Source of the DNA: Jimgerdemannia flammicorona
Lineage: Eukaryota
Reading direction: 5' to 3'
DNA length: 42,948 nt
Assembly (NCBI GenBank): GCA_003990765.1
Contig: RBNJ01000083.1
Coordinates: 1 to 42,948, forward strand
Position 1 is the stretch's first letter. The number at the start of each line of letters is the position of its first letter. The notes below the pieces were generated by a model that searched no databases, had not been told where the DNA came from, and was given only the letters and a program-made list of their open reading frames with translations. Of this stretch, positions 1 through 13,325 are shown piece by piece. A program made the position numbers and the translations under genes.

Positions 1-37
1 CCCCCCCTGACCCCACCCCTTCACATCGACAATCCAG

Positions 38-681
38 GCTGGGCCATCTCCGGAGGCCAGTCCTCCCGCCACACAAATCTCTCCACCCTCCGCAACACGA
101 CCGTGGCCGTCTCACGCCTCGGCTCGGGCTCCCACATAATGGCCTTCGTGGTCGCGGATCAGCAAGGCTGGCTCGATCCCGCGGCAGCTACGGAACCCTT
201 CAACCGCTTCGAATCCCTGCAAAACTTCAAGGCGATGCGCGATGCCGTCAACGGCGAGCAGGCGGACTTTTTTATGTGGGAGACGTTCATGACCAAGCCC
301 TACCACGACTCTGGTGAGCTGAAGCGGCTGGGGGAGATCACGCCACCGTGGCCTGCCTTTTCCATTGCGGCGCGCCGAGACCTGATCGCGAGGAAGGGCG
401 AAGATCTTCGACGCGCCCTGGCGGCTGTCGATCAGGCGACGGCGTTGTTTGTTGCCGAGCGGGATGGGAGGTCGGTCGATTTGGTGGTGGAGCGACTCGG
501 GCACGATCGGGAGGACGTGCGGAGCTGGTTCAAGACTGTGTCGTATCCTGCCAAGTCGGTGGGAGTCTCGCGCGCAGCGTTGGAGGTCACGCTGGAGACC
601 TTGAGGAAGGCCGGTGTCGTTGAGAGGGAGGTTGTGGTGGAGGAGCTAGTGGATACATCTGTAGCGAGGTTGGATGCGTGA
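38..681 (+). CDS. NMT1/THI5-like substrate-binding-fold protein (Ca3427-like); last exon only, 5' part outside the window
   Basis: Branch site CTGAC (7-11) and CAG acceptor (35-37), then WAISGG...VAVSRLGSGSHIMAFV...ADFFMWETFMTKPYHDSGELKRLGEITPPWPAF, motifs of this fungal family; stop at 679-681. Confidence 0.75.
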
Positions 682-2302
682 GGGTCGAAGCTGTGTGTCG
701 GTGCTCCAACCTATCTAAGCTAAATTTCAATGTATAAAGAGTGTCGTTGGATGTCATGTCAGAATATCTTCTGCTTCCTTCCGTCCCGTCGTGCATGACG
801 TAAATACAATGGGACACTGCCACACTTAACTCTCGCCATTTTTCAAAATGTAAGCATCATATGTTATATTTACTCTTCTCACTCACACCTTTCCTGAGGT
901 TGCCGTAAACGACAGTACGGAAAGGCAGGGTGGGTTCCAGCCCTTTGTGCACCGCTAATGAGTATGGCGCGCCAAATGTCGCCTCCTTGCCCTCGCCTAT
1001 GCAGGAAACACCATTTGGGGGAACGACCCTACATCACCCTCACTGAGAGGGAACGGCGACTTGGGATCAATAACTTAACGAGCAGAATGTTTTCTTTTTC
1101 GGGTAGAAACACTTTACCAAGGATCTCGAAACAACCTGTTCCCAACCCAATGCATTCCGACAAAGGCAGCACTGCTCAAGGATTTCTGAGTAACGATGGC
1201 AAATGGTCCCTATTAGGCCTATTGATGGCCAATGCACACGTCCTTGTGGTCATTCATACGGTCTTTGCTCTGCTTGTTTGGTGTCTCACACTTTGTAATA
1301 ACCCGGATTTCGCAACCAACAACGACATGTCATGCTATAGATCTACATACGCTTTGTCACTAAATAGCTTTTGAATTGATGGATAAACACCTCCCCGTTA
1401 TACCTTAATAAACTAAAATTTACTCAGGGACCAGCCGTTACAAAGGCTTGGGTTGTGAAAACCTCACTACATTGAACCACGTTTTAGAAGGACAGGAAAA
1501 TCGTACTCTTACACGCCCCTTTTGTCTTGAGCATAAATAATACTCTGGGGAGTATTCGTCGAAGATGTCCAAGTTGATTTCATAATAACAAACAATGCGC
1601 TTCCTCTGGGCTTTGCTGGTTGGAGTTGTCCTTGGGGCCTTAGGAGCTAGTGGTCAATTGCAGGACGTCTCTCCAACGCACATGTCAATGAAACGCATGA
1701 CGAGCAAGCATCCACCACACAATAATGACAGAGAAAGCGATGCCCATGAGGGAAGCCGCAATCCGTTTTTGGGCCAGTATTGGGAAGGGTTTCCCATTGG
1801 CATAAGTCGTCTGTATGTTTGTTTGGGTAGATCACAGAACTGCGTCTCAAAATGGCAATTCGCTCGAATTTGCTGCTACGCCACATACATTTGCAAACGG
1901 GGAACCCCTGCTTGACCTACGCTGTGGGGCACGGAGGATGTGCCCTGGCAAGGGTAGTTGATTGAAACACGACAGCTGGAAGCGAATATAAAGGGACGCA
2001 AACCAAAAAAAAGGGGGAAAGTAGCTGCAGTGAGTGCAGATAAAAAAAAATCCATTGGTCGCGCCAAAAGAGCAAGGGGCAAGATGGTCACGGATTGGTG
2101 ACGACAGTGTTTCATGTCATGAATTCGGACATCGCCAAGCCCAAGGCACGCGGTTGAATTTTGGATTCTTTGAAAGACTCTCTCTCCACTGACTGGATTC
2201 GAGTCTGCTTGTCACAACCACAACGCAATGAAGTCTCTCCAAAGAGACCCAACCTTTTCCTGGCAATCGTTGCCGACCCTAAAATGTACCCCTCCCCGCA
2301 GC

Positions 2303-5300
2303 ATGTCATCCATATGTCGCCGCGCAACTGCCCTTCTGCTGCTGCTGTCGTGGCTGGCGCCGCAAGTCTTGGCACAGTCACTCACCAGGCGAGGTTTCGA
2401 CACTCTGCCCCAGAAGTTGTTCTACTTTCAAGATTCAGAGGTAAGCGTGCTGCTGTTTGTACTCGGTCTTCAGGGATCCCGAGAAAGGGAGTGCGCAGAG
2501 AGGCTTCGTGGAACACCATGGACACGACCGCCGCGCACACATTGGAAGTCATGACCCACCGGGCCCGGGCGCGACACGCTCGTCCTCTCGCTTGTGCTGG
2601 CCACTCAATGCCAAACACGCACGTTTCAGCGGCTAGCGATTTACACAACCCGTCCCACTCTTATCGCTTTTCCTTATCTTTCAGGTGATAATGTGGTTTG
2701 ACGCCAAAGCCCATAACGTATGGCGCTCTCCCGACCATGGCCAGACATGGGAAAAAGTTTCCACTGTACCCGGAGAAATTGCCATGCGACTTGAAGAACA
2801 TCCTTTCGATGCCAAAATAGTATGCTTGCCTCTCTCCCGTCTGGAGATTTGCTCGTGACTGCGTTGGCATATTCGTCTTCCGCCCTGTCTAATCTTCCTC
2901 GACTGCGCTATCCCATTCTCACCTAGGCTTACATCCTCACCGACAGTACGACCCATTACAAAACCGTGGACCAAGGTGCCACTTGGCAATCTTTCAATAC
3001 CCCCTTGCCAGCGACGGAGACATCCGTCTTCTCGTTCCATTCAGAGCGGAGCAACTACGTACTGTACACGGGAAGGAAGTGCGAAAAGAGCGGAGAGCGC
3101 GAGAGCGATTGCCACGATGAGGTTGGTTGCCCGATACTTTGTTAATGTTGAGAAAGTAAACGATAAGGCGGAGTTCAAGTGGCGATGAATAGGAGGTAAA
3201 TATATGTAGTGTTGTCGCTAACTCGACGCCACCTTGTTGAACAGACATACTACACCATCGACAACTTCGAGACCAACCCGAAACTCCTCCTTAAATACAC
3301 TGTTTCGTGTGCCTGGACCCGGTCGACTAAAGAATTCCAAGCGGTCGCTAACCGCGATATCATGTGCCTCGAATGGCCCAACAAAAACTCCGAATCCAAC
3401 CGCGACCTCGACTCTCTCCGTCTCGTCCAATCTGAAGATTTCTTCCAATCTAGCCAGCCCGTCCGTTTCGGCTTTAACGTAACCGGCATCGTCCGCTTCG
3501 GCGCCATTGACAAGTTCCTGGTAGCAGCCGCGAAAGATCCGGGCAACTCAGACAGCATGACCCTCTACGTCAGCGAGGACAGCAAGACTTGGTCCCGCGC
3601 CGTCTTCCCGACGAACTCGGTGTCTGTCCGCGAGAAGGCGTACACTATCCTGGAATCATCTCATTACGCCCTGTTTGTCGACGTGCTGACCAACCCGGAG
3701 GCCCCCTTCGGCACGCTCTACATCTCCAACTCGAAAGGCATCTACTTCACACGCTCGCTCAACAACACGAATCGCAACGAATACGGGATCGTTGACTTTG
3801 AGAAGATCCAAGGCGTAGAGGGCATCATGATCGCCAACATCGTCGATAACCCCGAGGACGTGCTGAGGAGCGACGAGAAACGCATTCTCACGCGCATGTC
3901 CTTCGACGACGGCAGCAAGTGGTCTTCGATCAAGAACGTCGTGAAAAATGATGGCGCGCCGTATCTCTGCAAGGGACAGGGCGAGGAATGCACGCTCCAC
4001 CTGCACTCTGTCACAAGCCCACACAACGAAGGAAACGTGTTCACGGCGAATGCGGCTGTGGGTTTAATCATGGGTGTGGGCAACGTCGGGCGCTCTCTGT
4101 TGAAGTACGATAGTTGTGATACGTTCTTATCGACGGATGGGGGACTGAATTGGAAAATGGTGATGGAGGGAGCGCACAAATATGAGTTTGGGGATACGGG
4201 CAGCGTGATAGTATTGGTTGATGATGAAAAGCCGACGGATCGTGTATTTTATAGCAAGGATCAGGGGAAGACTTGGTGAGGTTTATTTTTTCGTCCCTTC
4301 TTATTCCTATTATTGCGCACGATTTTTAATCCATTTGTAATTTTTGATAATGACAGGCAAAGTTTTAACCTTGGTGTGACCATGCAGTCGCGCATCCTGA
4401 CCTCCGATCCCGAATCTACTACCACCAAATTCCTCCTTGTCGGCACCACTGACTCTGGACAAGTACAAGCTATCCAACTCGACTTCTCCAACCTCTTCCC
4501 CCGTCAATGCGTTTTGGACCAATCCGACACCTCCAAGCAAGACTTCGAGAGGTGGTATGCTCGCGATCTCACTCCTAGCGCCGACTGCCTGATGGGTCAC
4601 GAGCAAGCCTTTTGGCGCCGGAAACCCGACGCCGATTGCTACGTCGGCCGTAAGTATAAATATCCGGTGGTCGAGACCAAGAATTGCCAATGCACGGTGC
4701 AGGACTTCGAGTGCGATTTCAACTTTGTCGAAAACGAGCAAGGCGAATGCGTGAGATCAGGACCGTTGGTGATCCCTGCGGGCCAGTGCGTCAACGGCGC
4801 AACCACGTTCGCAGGCTCGTCTGGCTACCGCAAGATCCCCGGTGACACATGCGAAGGCGGGCTAGAGCGAGACAACCCTGTCAACCAATCCTGTTCATTA
4901 CCTTTAGGCTCCTTAATGCAGGATCCCACAGCTCCGGACGATCAGAATATCGAGCATTACGAAAAGTACTTTGACAGCCAAATTCAACAATTCATGTACT
5001 TCAAGGAATCGTCTACCATCCTAATCCGCACCCAAACCGGGGAAATGTACCGCTCCGGCGACGAAGGCGTCAAGTGGGACAGAGTCCTCGAAGATAAGAG
5101 CCCGATCATCGGTTATTGGATGCACGAACACGACAACAAACGCGCCTACCTCTTCACGCGGGATCTATTCTTCGCCACGGTTGATCAAGGTGTCACTTGG
5201 GAGGAGATCAAACTCCCGTCGTCCATGCCTCCTGGCTCGCTCCCACTGGATAGCCATCCGACAGAATTCGATTGGCTCATCTTCATGGGGCAGGTTGGCT

Positions 5301-8300
5301 CGTACCAGAATGAGGCCTTCGTCTCGCTCGATCACGGTAAAAACTGGAAGTCCATTGCCACCTGGGTGACCAAGTGCATCTTCGGCCGAGACTCCAAGTT
5401 TGACGATGTTGAGAAGGAATCCATCTTCTGCACTGGGTTTAAGTATCCGAACGCCGAGCAGTCCGATAACCCTATTCAGCTCTTCAAAACCAACACTCAG
5501 GGGACCACCAAGGAGGTCTACTTCAATAACGTCGTGCAATTCTTCGTTGTTGAGGATTTCATGGCGGTGGCAACAGAGGTGAATGGCGCTTTGATGTTGT
5601 ATGTGAGCGTAGATGGGAAGACGTTCGCTGAGGCTCAGTTCCCGCCTACAGCGCAAATCGACCGTAATGTGGGTACATTCACGAGTGCAATTTCTTATTG
5701 GCTTTTGTCTGGTTGTACGTTTAAGTGAACCTTTGTTGTGGCATACTTGCAAGCTCACTACCGAACCTTCTTTGCTGTATGATATATATATGGACCGCCC
5801 TACCTGCTACTACCATGATAGACCTTCACAATCCTGCAATCCACCACCGGTTCCGTCTTCCTTAACGTTGAACGAAAGATGCCTTACGGCAACGAGTACG
5901 GCACGCTCTTCAAGTCGAACGAGAATGGTACCTTCTATCATCAAACCCTTGACAACACCAACAACGACGCCTCAGGCTTAGTCGATTTCGAGAAGATGCA
6001 GTGGATTGACGGTATCATCCTCGCTAACCAAGTGTCGAACACGGGCGAGCTGAACGGCGGTGGGGATGTAGCCAAGAAGATTCGAACGATGATCTCGTGG
6101 GATGATGGTGGGTAGATACGTTTTGGGTTGGGTTGGTTGGATGTGAGGGAGGAAGCGTGGGCGGGTGGAGGGGTTGGGGGCAGTTATGTTGTTGCAGTTG
6201 GAATTGATTGGAACAATTATAAGATGCCTTAATAGAGCATTACGACCAGATTTTACAATCCGTCGATATTAACTTTTTGTTTTATTTTTCTTTGCCGTAT
6301 TCTTCAGGCGGCAAATGGGAGAGGTTGAAGGCCCCGGCTGGCGCGTGCGATACTTCGGTAACTATGGGAACTATGAATTCATGAATAGCCCCTTGCAAAA
6401 TTATGCGACCATTTCATATCTCAAACTCTTTTCTGCTCTCAAATTGCCAGGCGGATTGCGGGCTCAACTTGCACAGCCGTACAAAGATCCATGGTCCTGG
6501 CGCAATCTTCACTGCGTCTGGCGCTCCAGGGCTGGCCGTTGGTGTTGGTAACACTGGGTCGTACCTTTTGCCCTACGAACAGGGTCAAACGTTCTTAACC
6601 CGTGACGCGGGTCATACCTGGACTCAGATCCGCGCGGGCGAGCATCTGTACGAGTTTGGTGACCACGGTTCTCTGATGGTTTTGGTCAACGATGAAGGAC
6701 CCACGAATGAGTTAGTGTAAGTATTTGGGACGGGACAACTTTTTCTTCGGGTGGTTGAGGTCTTTTAATGCCATTGGAAGAGAGGGCAATGGCGTGAGAA
6801 GGTCATTCCGGACACCCACGATGCACATATTCTGTAAGAGCCTCATCTATACCAACAAATAACGTCAAGCTCATTAATTGGGTAACCAATTCACGCGCTC
6901 TTTCAATGCAGGTATTCGTTGGATCCAGGCAATACCCCCTGGCGGACCTACAACTTCGCCAAAGACAAAGTGCGCGTTTCCACGCTGACGACAGAGCCCA
7001 GATCGACGAGCCTCAAATTCATATTGATCGGTCACACGATGAATTCGGACACGAAGCCCTCGCAGCAGGTGTTGATCACTATCGATCTTACCCCACTCGG
7101 CTACCGGACATGTGAGTAAAGTTGTAACACACGGATGTGTTATTTCGGTTTAAAGCCCTTCCAATAATATTGCTGTTTGTAATAGGTGATTTTTCCGAGA
7201 CGGATCAGGACAAGAACGACTTCGAGAAATGGACACCCAAGGATGATGACGGCGATGATGCATGTCTATTGGGCCGCCGTATGACCTATTGGCGTCGCAA
7301 GAAGGATCGTGTATGCTTTATCGGTAGCGCGGAACGAAAGGTGGAGCAGGAGAATTGCCCATGCAGAGATATTGACTTTGAATGGTACTACCTTTTTAAG
7401 ATTAACAATACGTATGCATTATTGAATACGAATTGAAACTGACAGCTATGATGCTTTATATTTGTTCATAAAGCGACTTTGGTTTCTGGCGCAACGAGAA
7501 TGGCGACTGTGTCCTTCACGGTCGCCATCCTGACCGGCCGGAGATATGTAACAAGGATCAGACATTCAATGGCCGCTCGGGTTACAAAAAAATATCGAGG
7601 AGCACGTGCAACGGTGGGGTGAATCTGGCCAAGCAGATAGACTGGAATTGCGATGAAGGTAAATATTTCGTTATGCGATGCAACGAACATGTCATTGCGT
7701 TTGTTTTCTGTTCTTTTTTTTATCCGATTGTATTACTAGGCAGGGATGGCAAGAGGCAATCTTTTCTAACCACTTCCACTGCACATTGAATTTGAAAATG
7801 CAGCTCTTGGTATCGAGTCTAAAAAAGTAAATCCGAATTGTGTTCCCTATCCTCTTTCTCTTGTACCTATTTGATGCCTTTACTCATATTCTTACTCGCA
7901 CGAACTATAGATGGTATTCAGCGAAGAGATTCGAGAGTACATATATTTTGACGGCACTGATGTAAGTTGCTGAGAATGCAATTACTTGTCATTTGTCTAC
8001 ACGTGATCTACGACGTCTGATGATGAGTATTTCCACGGGTTTCCAGTCGGTTATACTCCACACCGCTGATGGCAAAGTTTGGCAGAGCGACGACGATGGC
8101 TACTCATGGAGAAATTTGTTTAGCGATACACAAATCCTGGCGGTGATCCAGAATCCGCAAGCTAACGAAAGAGTATAAATATATGCTATTAATACCAGTT
8201 AGAAGTGATGACAATTGCCTTTGAGCAAATGATCTAAACAAGCAACCAATGAATATGATTCTGTAGGCCTATTTCATAACGAATGCGACGAAACACTATG

Positions 8301-10069
8301 TGACCACTGATAGAGGTCGCACCACATCGACGTTTGAGACGAAGCTTCCACCAATGTACAACTTGAACGGCGGTGGGATTCTGAGGTTCCACTCTGAAGA
8401 AAAAGATTGGCTTATCTACGGCGGCGAGGACAAATGCGACTCTCTCTTCTCACCGGACTGCCATGGCGAGGCCTTCTACTCGAAAGATAACGGTGGGTCC
8501 TGGAATTCACTCGGCACGTATGTTCACGCATGCCACTGGGGTCGAGATGGACGATTCAAGAGTAGCGATAAGGAGCTTGTCTTCTGCGAGCAATACTACG
8601 AGAAAGCTGGCGATCAGAGGTTATTTTATAGCACGAATCCGTTGCAGTACTTATCCAGCAATAACTATCTCGAGACAAAGAAGAGTCTTTTTGATAGTAT
8701 TGTTGGTGTCGCCCTTTTCGAACAGTATATGATTGTCGCAGAGGTAGGTTGCCGTAACACGCGGGTTCGGCGCATTTAAAAGTGAGAAGTCATTTCATAA
8801 AGATTACCGTCACTCTTCGATACAGCTTGTCGAGAATGATTCTAAGCTTAGGTTGTCGATCTCTCTCGACGGCGACACGTTCGCAGAGGCACAGTTCCCT
8901 CCAAACAGGAATCTCAAGAAGGAGGTTTGTTCAATCACATTTTAACGTTTAGTTTACATACCAATTCTAGCGAACATCGACGTTGAACCAAAGCACTTCA
9001 TGTATTTATTGATTCAGGCATACACTATCATGGAATCCGTCACCAGTTCTGTCTGGCTTCATGTCTCCACCAACACCAAATCCAAGCAAGAGTATGGTGT
9101 TATCTTCACGTCGAACTCGAATGGCACCTACTTTGGTGTGTCGCTCGAGGACGTCAATCGAAACTCGGATGGCATCGTGGATTTTGAGAAGATGCAAGGA
9201 ATTGAAGGCATTGCACTCGCTAATCAAGTGACCAATCCCCAGGAGGTTAACATGGGCAACTCCAAGAAGCTCAGGACGATGATCACCCTCGATGATGGTC
9301 GTAGCTGGAAGACCCTAACTAAGCCGGAACTTGGCCCGGATGGCAAAAAATATGATTGCTCAGTGGGTATTGCTTAGTTTTATCATAGCTTGTCTTCCGT
9401 TATGATAACAATATAAACTTATTGTCGAAAATGGATCTTGCGCGTATCCAGGATTGCACGCTCAACCTCCACAGCTACTCTGAACGTCGCAATCCCCGCG
9501 ACTTGTTCAGTCACTCTTCCGCCGTGGGTCTCATGGTTGCGGTGGGCAATGTCGGTCCGAGCCTAACGACGTACACTGATGGTGACACATTCTTGACCCG
9601 TGATGCTGGCAAGACATGGTTTGCCGTTCATGACCAGGCCCATTTGTGGGAATTTGGTGATCAAGGCGCGCTACTGATCATTGTAGATGACGAGGAGCCT
9701 ACTGATCATCTCATGTATGTATATACCTGAACGGGTGTGTTTGAAATCGACCTCGCATTTTTATTACCCGTTTCTTTTATTATCCGCTATTGTCGACATG
9801 GAACAACTACATCAATATCTGATATTTCTGCCATGTGCAAAATGCAGGTACACTACGGACGAGGGCAAATCCTGGAAGCAGTACACCTTTGTCAAGGCGG
9901 GCGACAACAAAGTCCGTGTCTCGGATATTATCACCCAACCAGACGGTACTAGCCAGAAATTTGTTTTGCTCGGTAGGGAACGGCTATCGGGGAAGCAGGT
10001 CGGGTATCATATCGACTTCAGTGGATTGCGTCTGGAAAAGTGTACGTATAGTATAAATCTTCACTCTCC

Positions 10070-10116
<47 letters not shown>

Positions 10117-11357
10117 GGCGTGCGGAATGGGAGCGAATTCCCTGCCAAAGAAATGATTGTTAACTGAATATTTGATTCGGTCGATATAACATCCAGGCAC
10201 TCAGGAAGATTTCGAACTGTGGAGCCCTGAGGACACGCGTGGGAATGCATGCTTGTTCGGCCGTGAGGTAACAAAGCCATACGAGTTCATGCACCGCTGG
10301 TTCTATCATCCCATAAACGCGGAATTGACAGATTCCTTGTTCTACCTAAATAGACCCGGTATTACCGCCGCAAGGAAAGAAAAAACTGCTATATTGGCGA
10401 AGATATCATAAAACGTCCACAGGTCGTGCGCAATTGTACTTGTGCCAAGGAAGATTACGAATGGTGAGCAGCACTCCGCGCGTTCAAACTGACACCGAAC
10501 CGATACGGAACCATGTTTTGTTACACTTCCATTGTTGTCGGTCCTCAATCATTCCAATATTTTGCTTTGCCAGCGACTACAATTATGTACGCGACGAAAA
10601 AGATCAAGAATGTAAGCTCTATCCGGGTGCAAAACCTCTCCAGCCTACGTGCCGAAATGGCGAGGAGTTCTTCTGGGAACCGACTGGGTGAGTGCTGTTG
10701 CTTTTTGGAAGGGGGAAACCAGATACGTAATGTGATCCCTCATCTAATGCGCATGAATGTTATTAATGGTAATAGCTACCGTAAAAAGCCGCTGTCGACC
10801 TGTGAGGATGGTAATGAATTAGACAAGGGTAAAAAGGTGTATTGCTCAGGTATAGCTGAACATATACTGATTTCGTGATTTCCGGAGAGCTACGTGGGTG
10901 ATAACGATTTTCCTTGTTCCCCGGAATTCCAGGCAAGGGCAGCTCAGGTGGCAACTGGGCAATATACTTGATGTACCCACTTGCGGCGGCCGGCATCATC
11001 TTTGGCCTGATGTATTATCGAAAAGCGAGACTTGGGTATGTACTTTTATTCTTACCTATTCCCTTCGATTTGCTACCGATATGTAACCCCCCTGTTTGGC
11101 ACTGCTCCTCTCTACACAGCCGCATCCGCCTGCCCGAAGCTTCCAGCAATGGCAACACGTCTTCGGTCTTCGGAAACATTCTGGGCTTCCTCACCGAGAT
11201 TCCCTTCTTCCTGGCAAGTGTTATCTCGAATATCCCGGTACCTCGTCGCCTACCTTCGCTGCCGAGCTTCTTTTCGAATTGGAGGAGGGGAGGTCCGCGA
11301 TATTCACAGCTGAATCAGGACGACCAACTGGATACGGATCTCAATTTGGACGAGTAA
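2303..11357 (+). CDS. VPS10: Vacuolar sorting receptor Vps10/sortilin family, about 25 exons, three tandem Vps10 + 10CC modules, TM helix and cytosolic tail
   Basis: Signal peptide MSSICRRATALLLLLSWLAPQVLA; many BNR/Asp-box motifs (S.D.G.TW); three VDFEK.Q.I.GI motifs (~3790, ~5980, ~9178); three Cys-rich 10CC blocks; TM WAIYLMYPLAAAGIIFGLMYY; tail YSQL..DD. GT-AG introns were traced by hand and keep the frame. Confidence 0.95.
10072..10115. repeat. Poly(T) tract (~44 nt) in a Vps10 intron
   Basis: Homopolymer run inside the intron that starts at 10042. Confidence 0.95.
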
Positions 11358-11645
11358 ACAGATTGTCGTTATTGGGGGTGGTTGTGATGTCTGTAAAATG
11401 AACAATGGTAGACATGCATTGTCGAACGTTGGAGATGTATATTTTTTTTTTTTTGGTGGTGTACGTAAAATGGGCGGTTCCAATAAAACTTGTGTAATTT
11501 TATTCTGGCTGTTTCTGGAGAACTCTCGTGACACGTGTTTGTGACTGGTGATAGTGGCGCAATGACGTCACATCGCACCTTCGAGCAAGGCACTTATAAT
11601 GGTCTTCGCCAAACGGTTCCCTCGTAGCTGCTATTCCACTCCACC

Positions 11646-12997
11646 ATGGGTAAAGACTACTATGCTATCCTCGATCTCAAAAAGAACGCCGACGATGATG
11701 CCATCAAAAAGGCTTACAGGAAGCAAGGCAAGCATTCTGGTATCACATATTTGTGCACACGCACCAACGCGTGATAACCAACACAAGTCTTACCTTCACG
11801 GCTCCCAAACCAAATAGCTCTAAAGTGGCATCCCGACCGCAACAAAGACAACGTTGAGACCGCTAAACGAAAATTCCAGGATGTTGGTGAGGCATTTGAA
11901 GTTCTGAGTGACCCAAACAAGCGCACCATTTATGATCAGTATGGTGAAGAAGGCCTCAAGGGAGTTCCACCTCAAGGTGCTGAGCCTGGCGGTGCCGCTG
12001 GCGCCTTCCCAGGCGGTTTCGCGAATTTCCCTGGCGGTGCCACTTTTACCTTCAGCTCGGGCGGACCAGGTGGATCTCGATTCCAACCCTTCCAGCCGAG
12101 AGACGCAGACGATATCTTTAAGTAATGAGCCCACATTTCACTTATATTATTGCGTCATTTGTACGTAAGTGGTCATTTCATTAACTGACGCTTGACCGTT
12201 TGTACAGAACATTCTTCGCTTCATTTGGCGGAGGGCAAGGGCAAGGGCAAGGGCAAGGGCAAGGGCAAGGGCAAGGGCAAGGGCAAGGGCATGGCATGAG
12301 TATGGGTATGGGTATGGGTATGGATGATGGTGAATTTGGTATACCAGGCGGGTTTGGCGGTATGTTCGGCGGTGGCATTCCGCGTGGTGGTGCGCCGGGC
12401 GGTGCTCGAGGTGGGCCTTCGTTCCGTAATGCACAGCAACAAGACGCTACCTCCAAACCGCCTGCGGTGAAGCGACCGCTTCCCTGTACTCTTGAAGAGC
12501 TGTATGCGGGTACCACCAAACGGCTCAAGGTCACGCGTCGCCTCATGGATGGAGCATCAGGTAAACCGATGGCGACGGACAAAGTGCTTACAATCAATGT
12601 CAAACCCGGATGGAAGGCTGGCACCAAGATTCGCTTCCCGAACGAAGGTGACGAGTTGCCGGATGGGACGACCCAGGATATCGAATTCGTACTTGAGGAG
12701 AAACCTCATCCAGTCTTCAAACGAGATGGCGACAATTTGCATATGACCATCGACCTTTCTCTTTTGGAGGCTCTCACGGGGTTCCAAAAATCGATCAAGA
12801 CGCTTGACGAGCGGAGCCTTAGCGTATCGAACGCGAACACCATTGTTCAACCAGGTGACGAGTCCCGTGTTCAGGGCGAAGGTATACCGAATTCAAAAAC
12901 TGGCAAGAAGGGGGACCTTGTCATCAAGTATAATGTCAAATTCCCATCTCAGCTAACGCCGGCTCAGAAGGAGGGTTTGAAAAAGGTGCTGGGCTGA
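11646..12997 (+). CDS. SIS1: Type II Hsp40/DnaJ co-chaperone (Sis1/DNAJB-like), 3 exons: 11646-11727, 11818-12121, 12208-12997
   Basis: [35 protein letters not shown]-domain, G/F and G/M linker, C-terminal [16 protein letters not shown]...[12 protein letters not shown]...[12 protein letters not shown], no zinc finger. Confidence 0.95.
12233..12286 (+). repeat. Coding microsatellite (GGGCAA)x9 encoding (GQ)9
   Basis: Perfect hexamer array in the G/F-G/M linker of the DnaJ gene. Confidence 0.95.
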
Positions 12998-13325
12998 TAA
13001 GACACTTTATAATCAGAAATGGGGGAGGGGGGGGTGACGGGGAAGAACTTCATTGAACGGTTCGTACCACGTATGGTGGTTTCGATTACTTTTTTGATTG
13101 AAATTTGGACCTATTAGTTTTCCGTACCGTTGGGGCAATCAGTATCGGGAAATCAGCTCACTACCGTTCAATGATTTGTGGCTAATGATGGCTAACGGTC
13201 CCTCTTGGTTATTTGATAATTGATGGATTGATGGTCAATGTACATGTCTTGTCTTCATTGCTCCATTTCATCTTGTCTTGCCTTGTTCCTTTTCGTCCTG
13301 AGATACAATAAAAATCCTCTCCCAA

